Shown: one piece after another, positions 1 through 8,364 of the stretch
Position numbering within the stretch: the first letter of the stretch is position 1
How the letters are laid out: each line of letters opens with the position of its first letter
Assembly (NCBI GenBank): GCA_030616605.1
Contig: JAUWWY010000002.1
Coordinates: 184,867 to 224,477, forward strand
Origin: a bacterium
GTDB taxonomy: Bacteria > Patescibacteriota > Minisyncoccia > Minisyncoccales > CG1-02-41-26
Length of the DNA: 39,611 nucleotides
Direction: 5' to 3'
Notes under the pieces: model-generated
What the model was told of the DNA's origin: nothing
Database searches by the model: none
What the model saw: the letters and a program-made list of their open reading frames with translations, nothing else
Made by a program: the position numbers and the translations under genes

Positions 1-1
1 A

Positions 2-472
2 GAAGATATTGAAGCTTTAAAGTTTAATACTGCTGTTAGTTCTTTAATGGAGTTTTCTAATGCCTGGCAAAAAAATATAAAGGGTTTGAAAAAAAAGAAT
101 TTTAAAGATTTTTTGAAAATTCTTTCTCCTTTTGCTCCCCATTTAGCAGAAGAACTGTACCAAAAGTTCAAAGTGCAAAGTTCAAAGCGCAAAGCTACAA
201 CTAAAAGCTCAAAAGTTTCTAAGCTTAAATCAATTTTTAAAGAAAAATGGCCGAAATATGATATAAAATTAATTAAAGAAGAAAAGATAGTTTTAATAAT
301 CGAGATTAATGGAAAAGTTCGAGACAAAATAAAAGTTAAAAAAGAAATTTCAGAAGAGGAAGCAAAAAAAATTGCCTTGAATAGTCCGAAGATAAAAAAA
401 TGGCTTCAGGCTAAAAAAATCAAAAAAACAATTTTCCTAAAAAATAAACTAATTAATTTTGTAATTATATGA
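2..472 (+). CDS. leuS: Leucyl-tRNA synthetase, C-terminal part (5' truncated by window edge)
   Basis: Frame open from base 2: EDIEALKFNTAVSSLMEF...LSPFAPHLAEEL...INGKVRDKI...KLINFVI, class Ia anticodon-binding and LeuRS C-terminal motifs. Confidence 0.93.
   Translation, partial: EDIEALKFNTAVSSLMEFSNAWQKNIKGLKKKNFKDFLKILSPFAPHLAEELYQKFKVQSSKRKATTKSSKVSKLKSIFKEKWPKYDIKLIKEEKIVLIIEINGKVRDKIKVKKEISEEEAKKIALNSPKIKKWLQAKKIKKTIFLKNKLINFVII
163..218 (+). repeat. Degenerate 7-bp tandem repeat (AAAGYNC) in frame within leuS
   Basis: aaagttc aaagtgc aaagttc aaagcgc aaagcta ... aaagctc a aaagttt. Confidence 0.8.
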
Positions 473-1194
473 AAGTAGTTATTGCCGCAGCTGGTAGGGG
501 TACTCGGATGCTCCACCTGACAAACAAAAAATCAAAACACTTGATTAATATTCAAAAAAAACCTTTCTTGGCTTATCTTTTAGATAATCTTTTGGAAGCC
601 GGATACAAAGAGCTGATTTTAGTAATCGGTTATAAAGAAAGGATGATGAGGGAATTTTTAAGAAAATATAATTATAAAGTCAAGATTATTAATCAATTTC
701 AAGTTTTAGGCAAAAAAGAGTATGGCACTTTATGTCCTTTAAAATGTGTAAAGAATACTATAGGAAAAGAAAATTTTTTAGCTGTTTACGGCGACAATCT
801 TTATTCAGTAAAGGATTTGAAAGCCTTTAATATTAACGATAACTGCAATTATGTGGCTGGTTTCTTTCATTCCCAGCCCCAAAAATACGGCATTCTTATT
901 CCTAAAGATGGTTTTCTGAAGAAAATTGTAGAAAAGCCCAAAAAACAGGTTGGTAATTTGATAAATACCGGCCTTTATAAATTTACTCCAGAAATTTTTG
1001 ATAAGGTTTCTCAAGTAAAACTTTCCCCAAGAGGAGAATACGAATTAACTGATGCTCTTTCTCTTTTAGCAAAAGAGAATAAAGTAAAAATTAAAAAAAT
1101 TAAAGATTACTGGTTAGATTTTGGCAACCCAGCTGATATTTTAAAGTTTTACCGTTTCCTAAAAAAGCATGGAAATTTTAAAAATCAACCATAA
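469..1194 (+). CDS. Sugar-phosphate nucleotidyltransferase (NTP_transferase family)
   Basis: N-terminal AAGRGTRM..LT...K motif, YGD, IVEKP, SPRGEYELTD, WLDFG. Confidence 0.85.
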   Translation: MKVVIAAAGRGTRMLHLTNKKSKHLINIQKKPFLAYLLDNLLEAGYKELILVIGYKERMMREFLRKYNYKVKIINQFQVLGKKEYGTLCPLKCVKNTIGKENFLAVYGDNLYSVKDLKAFNINDNCNYVAGFFHSQPQKYGILIPKDGFLKKIVEKPKKQVGNLINTGLYKFTPEIFDKVSQVKLSPRGEYELTDALSLLAKENKVKIKKIKDYWLDFGNPADILKFYRFLKKHGNFKNQP

Positions 1195-1753
1195 AGGCTT
1201 AATTGAGAAAATTGAAAAATTTTTAAAAGAAGGCAAAGTTTTAATTTTTCCAACTGATACAGTTTATGGTCTTTTAGCTGATGCTACTAACCGAGAAGCA
1301 GTAGAAAAAGTTTTAAAGATAAAAAAAAGAAAAGAAGCAAAACCAATTCCTATTTTTGTTTCTGATTTAAAAATGGCAAGAAATTTAGCTGAGATTTCCA
1401 AAAGAGAAGAGGAATTTTTAGAAAAGGTTTGGCCGGGCAAAGTAACAGTAGTTTTGAAACGCAAAAATAACCTACCAAGAATTTTGTTTGGTAATAAAAA
1501 AACAATTGGTCTTCGAATTCCTAAATATCCTTTCTTAAATAAAGTCTTAAAAAGGACAAAACTTCCTCTTACTGCTACTTCAGCTAACATTTCTGGACTT
1601 TCTGCTTCAATAAAAATAAAACAAGTATTAAAACAATTTAAAAATCAGAAATATCAACCAGAGATTATAATTGATGCCGGGAATTTAAAATCATCCAAAC
1701 CCTCAATTGTGGTTGATATTTTCGGTCCAATCCCTAAAGTCTTAAGACATTAG
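1169..1753 (+). CDS. tsaC: L-threonylcarbamoyladenylate synthase (Sua5/YrdC/TsaC)
   Basis: FPTDTVYGL, KxR, WPG, IGLRIP, ATSANISG motifs. Confidence 0.93.
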   Translation: MEILKINHKGLIEKIEKFLKEGKVLIFPTDTVYGLLADATNREAVEKVLKIKKRKEAKPIPIFVSDLKMARNLAEISKREEEFLEKVWPGKVTVVLKRKNNLPRILFGNKKTIGLRIPKYPFLNKVLKRTKLPLTATSANISGLSASIKIKQVLKQFKNQKYQPEIIIDAGNLKSSKPSIVVDIFGPIPKVLRH

Positions 1754-1756
1754 TTT

Positions 1757-2956
1757 ATGCCTTCTCACTCTCCAATTTACCTTCTACAATATTTTTTAAG
1801 AAAACCCTCTAATCAGTTTTTTTTGAGCATTGCTATCCGTTCTTTTGCCATAGGAATGGTAGTAATTTTTGAGCCGATTTACCTTTATTTTTATTTCGGC
1901 AAATCTCTTTCATTGACTCTGCTCTTTTTTGCAGCAAATTATGGTCTTTTTGCAGTTTTGTCAGTTTTTGGAGGAAGGATAATGTCTAAAGTTGGATTTG
2001 ATTGGGCAATGTTTATTTCCCATTTTTTCTTTTTCTTTTACTATCTTCTACTTAATTTTATTGATTTTTCGCTTTTCTTTATTGGTTTAGCTATAATTAC
2101 AAGAGCTATTGGCATGACTCTTTTTTGGCCTTCATATCACACCGATTTTATTCGTTTTTCTCGAGAAAACCATAGGGGCACAGCCGTAGGGATAATGAAC
2201 ATTTTTACCATTATTCCTACTATATTAAGCCCTGTTATTGGAGGCTTGATTTTAAGCAAGCTCGGCTACCCTGGTTTATTTGCTTCTGTTTTAACAGTTC
2301 TTTTAGCTTCTGCTATTCCCTTGTTTTTTAATCATGAAAAGCACGAGATTTATAGCGACACTTTCAAACAAGCTTGGAGCAGGGTTTTTAAAAAAGAGAA
2401 CAGAAGAACTTCTTTGGCTTTTGGTTGCGTTGCTGTTGAGGGAACAATAGCTTTTATTTTCTGGCCTATTTTTATGGCTGTTTCTATGTTTGGCTTTATC
2501 GCTATGGGTAGTCTTACTTCTTTTGCTCTTTTTGTGGCTGCTCTTTTTTCCTTTTATATGGGCAAAGTTTCTGATACTAACAACCGAGCAAAACTTTTAA
2601 ACATTGGCGCTTTATTAACTTCAGTTTCTTGGATTCTAAAATATTTTGTTATCACTCCTTTCACTGCTCTTTTAGCTCACAGTTTTTATAAATTATGCCG
2701 GACTTCTGTTGCTATTCCTTTCCAGACATTTTTCTATGAAAAAGCGGCTTTAAAAAAGCATGAAGCTGATGAATTTGTAATTTATCGGGAGATAGTTTTG
2801 AATATTTCTAGATTCTTTTCTTTAATCTTTTTAGCCGGGCTATTTTTAATTTTTCCTAAAATAAATTTAAGTTTTATTTTAGCCGCAATAATTTCCTTTG
2901 GTTTTGTATTTTTGGGTAAACCTCCAAAATTTCTTAGAAGATTTAAAAAATTATGA
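1757..2956 (+). CDS. MFS-type membrane transporter
   Basis: 399 aa with about 12 hydrophobic segments in two halves; GKVSD loop resembling MFS motif A. Confidence 0.75.
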   Translation: MPSHSPIYLLQYFLRKPSNQFFLSIAIRSFAIGMVVIFEPIYLYFYFGKSLSLTLLFFAANYGLFAVLSVFGGRIMSKVGFDWAMFISHFFFFFYYLLLNFIDFSLFFIGLAIITRAIGMTLFWPSYHTDFIRFSRENHRGTAVGIMNIFTIIPTILSPVIGGLILSKLGYPGLFASVLTVLLASAIPLFFNHEKHEIYSDTFKQAWSRVFKKENRRTSLAFGCVAVEGTIAFIFWPIFMAVSMFGFIAMGSLTSFALFVAALFSFYMGKVSDTNNRAKLLNIGALLTSVSWILKYFVITPFTALLAHSFYKLCRTSVAIPFQTFFYEKAALKKHEADEFVIYREIVLNISRFFSLIFLAGLFLIFPKINLSFILAAIISFGFVFLGKPPKFLRRFKKL

Positions 2957-3459
2957 ATCTTGATATTTATATTTTTTCCCAAATAAACAATCTTGCTCTA
3001 AAACATCTTTGGCTTGATGCTCTGGTAATTTTCTTGGCTAAATATCTCCCCTGGCTTTTAATCGGAGTTTTAGTTTTGTTTTTAATAAAAGACTTTAGAA
3101 AATATTGTAAAATAGTAGAGAAGGTTCTTTTAGCTGTAATTTTTTCAGGAGTTATTGTCCAACTCATTCGTTTTATCTGGTATCGACCAAGACCATTTAT
3201 TGCTGAAGAGGTTAATTTACTTTTAAGTCATTCTCCAACAGGTTCTTTTCCTTCTGGTCATGCTGCCTTTTTCTTTGCTCTTTCTACCATCATTTATTTT
3301 CAAAACAAAAAAGCCGGACTTTTCTTTTTATTTGCCAGCCTTTTAATTGGTTTAAGTAGGATTTTTTCCGGTCTCCACTGGCCATTTGACATTTTAGCCG
3401 GAATTATCCTTGGTATTTTCTCTGCCTGGCTGATAAATAAACTCTTTTTCAAAGATTGA
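2953..3459 (+). CDS. PAP2-family phosphatase (undecaprenyl-pyrophosphate phosphatase-like)
   Basis: RPRP, SFPSGHA, SRI..GLHWP.D motifs; hydrophobic. Confidence 0.9.
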   Translation: MNLDIYIFSQINNLALKHLWLDALVIFLAKYLPWLLIGVLVLFLIKDFRKYCKIVEKVLLAVIFSGVIVQLIRFIWYRPRPFIAEEVNLLLSHSPTGSFPSGHAAFFFALSTIIYFQNKKAGLFFLFASLLIGLSRIFSGLHWPFDILAGIILGIFSAWLINKLFFKD

Positions 3460-3470
3460 GCTTAAAACCC

Positions 3471-3505
3471 AAAAAACAGAAATCCTTTCAGATTTCTGTT
3501 TTTTT
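3471..3505. terminator. Bidirectional intrinsic terminator
   Basis: aaaaaacagaaatc-ctttca-gatttctgtttttt between the convergent PAP2 gene and tRNA-Leu. Confidence 0.8.
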
Positions 3506-3506
3506 G

Positions 3507-3590
3507 TGCCGGGGGAGGGACTCGAACCCTCAAGCTCTTGCGAGCAATGGATTTTGAATCCATCGTGTTTTCCGATTTCACCACCCCGGC
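3507..3590 (-). tRNA. tRNA-Leu(CAA)
   Basis: Minus strand GCCGGGG...atgga-ttCAAaa-tccat, long variable arm, GGTTCGAGTCC, CCCCGGC-A; CCA not encoded. Confidence 0.95.
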
Positions 3591-3623
3591 TCGGCTTTTA
3601 TCTTATCACTAATTTTTTCCTTT

Positions 3624-5672
3624 TCAAGAATTTTTTTTAAAATTACATTCTTTATTCGAACACTTTAATTTTTTGCCTTTTTCCATTAAAAGAGAAGCAC
3701 ATTTTGGACAGGTTTCAGCAACTGGTTTATCCCATAAAGCAAAATCACATTCGGGAAAATTAGGGCAGCCATAAAAAATTTTTCCTCTTTTAGTTCTTTT
3801 TTCTACAATCTCTCCTTTTTTACATCTCGGGCATTCAATTTCTAAACTTGGTTTTTTAAGTGATTCTGTATATTTGCATTTGGGAAAGTTACTGCAAGCA
3901 TAAAATTTTCCATATTTGCCCAGTCTTATAATAATATTTGCTCCGCATTTTGGGCATTTTTTATCGGTTTCTTCAATTAATTTCTTTTTTGGAATTTCTT
4001 CTTGTTTTTTCTCTAAATTTTTTTCAAAAGGTTCGTAAAAATCTCTTAAGGTTTTAATCCAATCCTTTTTTCCTTTAGCAACTTCATCTAAATCTTCTTC
4101 CATATTAGCAGTAAATTTAAGGTCAACAATTTTTGGAAAATGTTCAACCAAAAGGTCATTAACCAGAACACCAATTTCTGTTGGCTGAAATTTCCTATTT
4201 TCATTTTTTCCAACGTAATTTCTTCTTTGAATAGTATCCAAAATCGGGGCATAAGTTGAAGGTCTGCCAATTCCTTCTTTTTCTAAAATTTTAATTAAAG
4301 TAGCTTCTGAATACCTAGCAGGAGGTTGAGTAAAGTGCTGGGAAGGAATAAGTTCTTTTAAATTTAAGATTTCATTTTTTTCTAAAGAAGGCAATTCATT
4401 TTCATTAAATTTCATCAAATAGACTTTCAAAAATCCATCAAATTTTAATGTTTGGCCATTAGCTCGAAAAGTATAATTCTGGGCTGAAATGTCAATTGTT
4501 AAGGAGTCAAAAATTGCTTGGGCCATTTGAGAGGCAATAAATCTTCGCCAAATTAAATCATAGACTCGGAAAAGATTATCATCTAATTTCACTTTTAATT
4601 TTAAGTCATCAGGGGTTTTATCTGGCTCAGTCGGTCTGATTGCTTCGTGAGCTTCCTGAGCGACTTTTGATTTTGTTTTGAACTTTCGCAAAGACCCGGC
4701 CCAGTATTCTTTTCCAAAAGTTCCAGTAATGAATTTTTTAGCAGCCAAAAGAGAAGACTCGCTTAAGTTTAGAGAATCGGTTCTATGATAACTGATAGTT
4801 CCTCTTTCATAAAGGTTTTGGGCAAGGAACATCGTTTTTTTAACTGAAAAGCGCAATTTATTCCCGGCTTCTTGCTGAAGGGTGCTGGTAGTGAAAGGGG
4901 GCAGGGGATTTCTTTTTATTTCTTTTTTTTCAATATTTATTACTTTGTATTCAGCTTTTTCTAAATCTTTGACAATCTTATTGGCTTCTTCTTTGTTTTT
5001 AATACCCAGTTTTGAGATGGGTTTATTATTTTTCTTTACTAGTAGAGCTTTAATTTCTTGTTTCTTATCTGTTCCGCGTTTTTGAAGCAAAGTTTCAATA
5101 CTCCAATATTCAGTTGGTTTAAAATTTTCTATCTCTTTTTCTCTTTCTGCTATAAGTCTTACCACTACTGATTGAACCCTTCCAGCTGATAAGCCCCGAA
5201 CTACTTTTTTCCATAAAAATGGAGAAAGCTTATATCCCACCAATCTATCCAAAATCCGTCTTGTCTGCTGGGCATTGACTAAATCCATGTCAATTTTCCT
5301 CGGGCTTTTAAGTGCTTGTTCAATGGCTTTTTTTGTTATTTCATGAAAAACAATTCTCTGGTAGGGTTTTTGGCCATTTAAATTTAAAATTTTAGTAAGA
5401 TGATAAGCAATTGCTTCTCCTTCTCTATCTTCATCAGTAGCCAAAATGACAATTTGAGATTTTTTTAAATAATTTTTTAATTCCTGGATTCTTTTTTTGA
5501 CTCGAAGAGGAATAACATACTTTGGTTCAAAATCATGTTTAATATCAACTCCTAATTGTTTTTCTGGTAAATCTCTGATATGGCCATAGGAAGATGCAAC
5601 TTTATACTCTTTACCTAGGAATTTTTCAATTGTGGTTCCCTTTGTGGGACTTTCTACTATAACTAAATTCAT
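3624..5672 (-). CDS. topA: DNA topoisomerase I (type IA) with C-terminal zinc ribbons; likely start 5672, alternative ATG at 5705 inside the repeat element
   Basis: LVIVESP.K, ATDEDREGEAI, SAGRVQS, ISYHRTDS, QEAHEAIRPT, GIGRPSTYA, CPKC zinc ribbons. Confidence 0.97.
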   Translation of the reverse strand: MNLVIVESPTKGTTIEKFLGKEYKVASSYGHIRDLPEKQLGVDIKHDFEPKYVIPLRVKKRIQELKNYLKKSQIVILATDEDREGEAIAYHLTKILNLNGQKPYQRIVFHEITKKAIEQALKSPRKIDMDLVNAQQTRRILDRLVGYKLSPFLWKKVVRGLSAGRVQSVVVRLIAEREKEIENFKPTEYWSIETLLQKRGTDKKQEIKALLVKKNNKPISKLGIKNKEEANKIVKDLEKAEYKVINIEKKEIKRNPLPPFTTSTLQQEAGNKLRFSVKKTMFLAQNLYERGTISYHRTDSLNLSESSLLAAKKFITGTFGKEYWAGSLRKFKTKSKVAQEAHEAIRPTEPDKTPDDLKLKVKLDDNLFRVYDLIWRRFIASQMAQAIFDSLTIDISAQNYTFRANGQTLKFDGFLKVYLMKFNENELPSLEKNEILNLKELIPSQHFTQPPARYSEATLIKILEKEGIGRPSTYAPILDTIQRRNYVGKNENRKFQPTEIGVLVNDLLVEHFPKIVDLKFTANMEEDLDEVAKGKKDWIKTLRDFYEPFEKNLEKKQEEIPKKKLIEETDKKCPKCGANIIIRLGKYGKFYACSNFPKCKYTESLKKPSLEIECPRCKKGEIVEKRTKRGKIFYGCPNFPECDFALWDKPVAETCPKCASLLMEKGKKLKCSNKECNFKKNS

Positions 5673-5682
5673 GGTTGTTGGA

Positions 5683-5845
5683 TGCTCGGCAGTCTCTCTC
5701 GCCATCGGACGCGGTCAATTTCCCCAGCGAGGAAATTCCCGCTCCCTCTCGGCCTCGCTCGTCGCCTTCGCCACGTCAGACGTGGCTTCGGCGACACCAT
5801 GCTCGCTCGGCCTGCGAGAGGCCTATGTCAAGAAAGCTGCCTCGC
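5683..5845 (-). repeat. GC-rich structured dispersed element, copy 1 (163 bp), between dprA and topA
   Basis: Reverse complement aligns with 30453-30596 with 8 substitutions, a 1-nt indel and a 20-nt insert; complementary termini. Confidence 0.92.
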
Positions 5846-5883
5846 TTACATGAAGTATGAAGTATTTATAATATGTTTCAAGT

Positions 5884-6750
5884 TTAGCGCATTAGGGCAT
5901 AGACGTTTCCGCCTAAATTTTTTACCCTGCCATATATTTCCATTAAGCTCAAGCTGGCTGAAACTTTTTGGGAAGGAAGTTTTGTTTTTTCAATAATCTT
6001 GTCTATATGTAAATTTCCTTGTTCCAGTACCTCTAAAATTAAATTTTCTTCCAAACTTTCTCCTTTAATTTTTTTTCTTTCAATTTTGGCTAATTTTAAT
6101 TCTTCTAAGATATCGTTAGCATTTTCAACCAATTTAGCCCCCTCTTTAATTAAAGAATGAGGACCTTTGGAATTTAAAGAATGAATTGAGCCGGGAAGAG
6201 CAAAAACTTTTCTTCCTTGTTTTTGAGCCCATTGAGCAGTGATTAGAGCCCCGGAGCCGAATTTAGCTTCAATTACCAAAATCCCCAAGCTCATTCCAGA
6301 GATTATCCGATTTCTTTCTGGAAAATTTTGTTTCCTTCCAGAAGTTCCCGGAGGATATTCAGAAATCAGGCAGCCCTCATTTTCTAAAATTTTTTTTACT
6401 AATTTCAAATTTTGTTGAGGATAAATGCTTTTTTCATCAAGACCGGTTCCCAAAACAGCAATTGTCCGACCTTTTCCTTCAAGGGCTCCCTGGTGAGCCA
6501 TGGTATCAATTCCTCTGGCCATTCCACTAACCACACTTATTCCAGCCTGAGCTAAATCTTTGGCAATGTCAAAAGCGATTTCTCTTCCATAATCTGAGCA
6601 GCGCCGGGTACCTACGATAGCAAAACAGAATTCATTTTTAAATAATTTTCCTCTAAGATAAAGAAGTTTTGGAGGAATAGAAATTTTTTTCAGAAGCTTA
6701 GGATAATCTTTGTCTTCAATTTTTATTGTAAAAATATCTTCTCTTGACAT
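5884..6750 (-). CDS. dprA: DNA-processing protein DprA/Smf
   Basis: AIVGTR, VVSGMARGIDT.AH, FPERNRIISG, SGALITA, C-terminal winged helix; adjacent to topA. Confidence 0.96.
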   Translation of the reverse strand: MSREDIFTIKIEDKDYPKLLKKISIPPKLLYLRGKLFKNEFCFAIVGTRRCSDYGREIAFDIAKDLAQAGISVVSGMARGIDTMAHQGALEGKGRTIAVLGTGLDEKSIYPQQNLKLVKKILENEGCLISEYPPGTSGRKQNFPERNRIISGMSLGILVIEAKFGSGALITAQWAQKQGRKVFALPGSIHSLNSKGPHSLIKEGAKLVENANDILEELKLAKIERKKIKGESLEENLILEVLEQGNLHIDKIIEKTKLPSQKVSASLSLMEIYGRVKNLGGNVYALMR

Positions 6751-6772
6751 TTTAATTTTATTATATTATAGT
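6744..6772 (+). promoter_or_regulatory. Sigma70-type promoter for the 86-aa gene
   Basis: TTGACA (6744-6749), 17-nt spacer, TATAGT (6767-6772); the -35 box overlaps the dprA start codon on the opposite strand. Confidence 0.7.
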
Positions 6773-6834
6773 AAATTATATCATATTCACTCAATCATCA
6801 AAAGTTCTTTAAAAAGTAAGAAAGGAAGACGACA

Positions 6835-7095
6835 ATGCCAGAAGCAGGGATGAGACCAACTGCTCATAAAAGAGCTGAGGTTTTACTCAAACAAGATCCA
6901 GTGGGCCATTTATTCACCTTAGCCCGAATCTATCAATTTGGAACAAAGGTTCCAACAACGGATATTCCTGGGCTTATCGAGGCTTTCCGAGTGGCAGAAG
7001 CAAAAATGATATCTTTGATTGAGAGGACAATTGAAGCCCTTGAAAGCCAAATGAAAGAGGATAAAGAAAAGGAAGGAGAGGAGAAAAAAGATTAA
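6835..7095 (+). CDS. Hypothetical 86-aa protein
   Basis: ATG with AAAGGA 8 nt upstream, its own promoter and a downstream hairpin; no recognised family. Confidence 0.7.
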   Translation: MPEAGMRPTAHKRAEVLLKQDPVGHLFTLARIYQFGTKVPTTDIPGLIEAFRVAEAKMISLIERTIEALESQMKEDKEKEGEEKKD

Positions 7096-7109
7096 TTTTT
7101 CAAATTTAT

Positions 7110-7144
7110 AAAGCCGAGACAAACCTTTTGCTTCGGCTTTTTTT
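7110..7144 (+). terminator. Intrinsic terminator
   Basis: aaagccgag-a-caaa-cct-tttg-c-ttcggcttt followed by a T run, between convergent genes. Confidence 0.7.
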
Positions 7145-7163
7145 ATTAAATCACCCAAGGATT

Positions 7164-7730
7164 TCAATTAAATTCTGTCATTGCTTTCTCTGTATTTTTA
7201 GTCAAAGCGGTTTTTAAAACTTGGCAAATTTTTTTAATAGTTTTTTTAACAATTTTTTCTTCCTCTTTACTGAATTTCTGAAGCACAAATTTTTCAGAGT
7301 TTTTCGGCTTACCCTTTTTAGGCTGGATTCCAATCCTGACTCTGATAAAATCTTTTGTTCCCAGTTCTTTGATTATTGATTCCACGCCCTTGTGGCCGGC
7401 CGAACCTCGGTTTTTTACAATTCTAATTTTACCTAAAGGCAAATCAATATCGTCATGCACAACTAACAAGTTTGTAGTTTGTAGTTTGTAGTTTGTAGTT
7501 AAAATTTTTACTGCTTTTCCAGAATTATTCATAAAGGTTTGAGGTTTAACTAAGATAATTTTTTTTCTGTCAATCTTTTCTTCAGAAATTAAAGAATTGA
7601 ACTTTTTTGAAACTTTAAAAAAAGGAAAGTTGCTTTCCTTTTGGAATTTATCTAAAACCCGAAACCCGACATTGTGACGAGTTTTGAGATATTTTTTTCC
7701 GGGATTACCCAGACCTACAATTAGAGACAT
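7164..7730 (-). CDS. pth: Peptidyl-tRNA hydrolase
   Basis: LIVGLGNPG, TRHNVGF, KPQTFMNNSG, VVHDD, GHKG, RVRIGI. Confidence 0.97.
   Translation of the reverse strand: MSLIVGLGNPGKKYLKTRHNVGFRVLDKFQKESNFPFFKVSKKFNSLISEEKIDRKKIILVKPQTFMNNSGKAVKILTTNYKLQTTNLLVVHDDIDLPLGKIRIVKNRGSAGHKGVESIIKELGTKDFIRVRIGIQPKKGKPKNSEKFVLQKFSKEEEKIVKKTIKKICQVLKTALTKNTEKAMTEFN
7469..7500. repeat. Perfect 7-bp tandem repeat (AGTTTGT x4.6) inside pth
   Basis: agtttgt agtttgt agtttgt agtttgt agtt; encodes TTNYKLQTTN. Confidence 0.92.
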
Positions 7731-7802
7731 AATGGCAGCTTTATTATATCAATTACTTGCTTAATTTAAAAATTTAAGTACAATTAAAATATAATCAACA
7801 CT

Positions 7803-8348
7803 ATGAAAAAAGCATTATTATTTTTTTGGGAAATATTAAAAATTGTTCTTTTAGCTTTAATAATAGTGGTACCTATTCGTTATTTTGTATTCCAACCATT
7901 TATTGTTAAAGGAGTTTCAATGGAGCCGAATTTCCATAATGGTGATTATTTGATTGTTGATGAACTTAGCTATCATTTAAGAACACCAGTAAGGGGAGAA
8001 GTGGTTGTTTTTAAGAATCCTAAAAATCTTTCTGAAAAATTTATAAAAAGGATTATTGGTTTACCCGGAGAAGAAATTATTTTTGAAAATAACCAGATAG
8101 TAATTATTGATGAATTTGCTAAAAAAACAATTTTAGATGAATCAACTTATCTTGGCTATCCTGTTAGCTTAAGTAAAAAAGAATTTTATTTAAAAGAAGA
8201 TGAATATTTTGTTTTAGGCGACAACAGATTACATTCTTTTGATTCAAGAGATTGGGGGCCGCTTCTTGAAAAATATATTATTGGCAGAGCAGTTTTAAGA
8301 GTTTTTCCGCCAATAGCAATGGCTTATTTTCCAACTCCCAGCTATTAA
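7803..8348 (+). CDS. lepB: Signal peptidase I
   Basis: N-terminal TM segment, GVSMEP (Ser), FIKRIIGLPG (Lys), YFVLGDNR..S.DSR. Confidence 0.95.
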   Translation: MKKALLFFWEILKIVLLALIIVVPIRYFVFQPFIVKGVSMEPNFHNGDYLIVDELSYHLRTPVRGEVVVFKNPKNLSEKFIKRIIGLPGEEIIFENNQIVIIDEFAKKTILDESTYLGYPVSLSKKEFYLKEDEYFVLGDNRLHSFDSRDWGPLLEKYIIGRAVLRVFPPIAMAYFPTPSY

Positions 8349-8364
8349 AAGTTTAGTCTAAAAT

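Noticed and set aside
5683-5845. Classical IS or MITE call for the element
   Set aside because: No transposase and no target-site duplication, and the ends pair only with G-U and mismatches; kept as an unclassified repeat
5632-5996. Overlapping plus-strand ORFs (73, 61, 104 aa) with look-alikes at 30343-30674
   Set aside because: They are translations of the stop-poor GC-rich repeat, antisense to topA/dprA or pgk; their similarity reflects the DNA repeat
6919-7167. 82-aa minus-strand ORF after pth
   Set aside because: TTG start, crosses a terminator and overlaps the better-supported plus-strand gene
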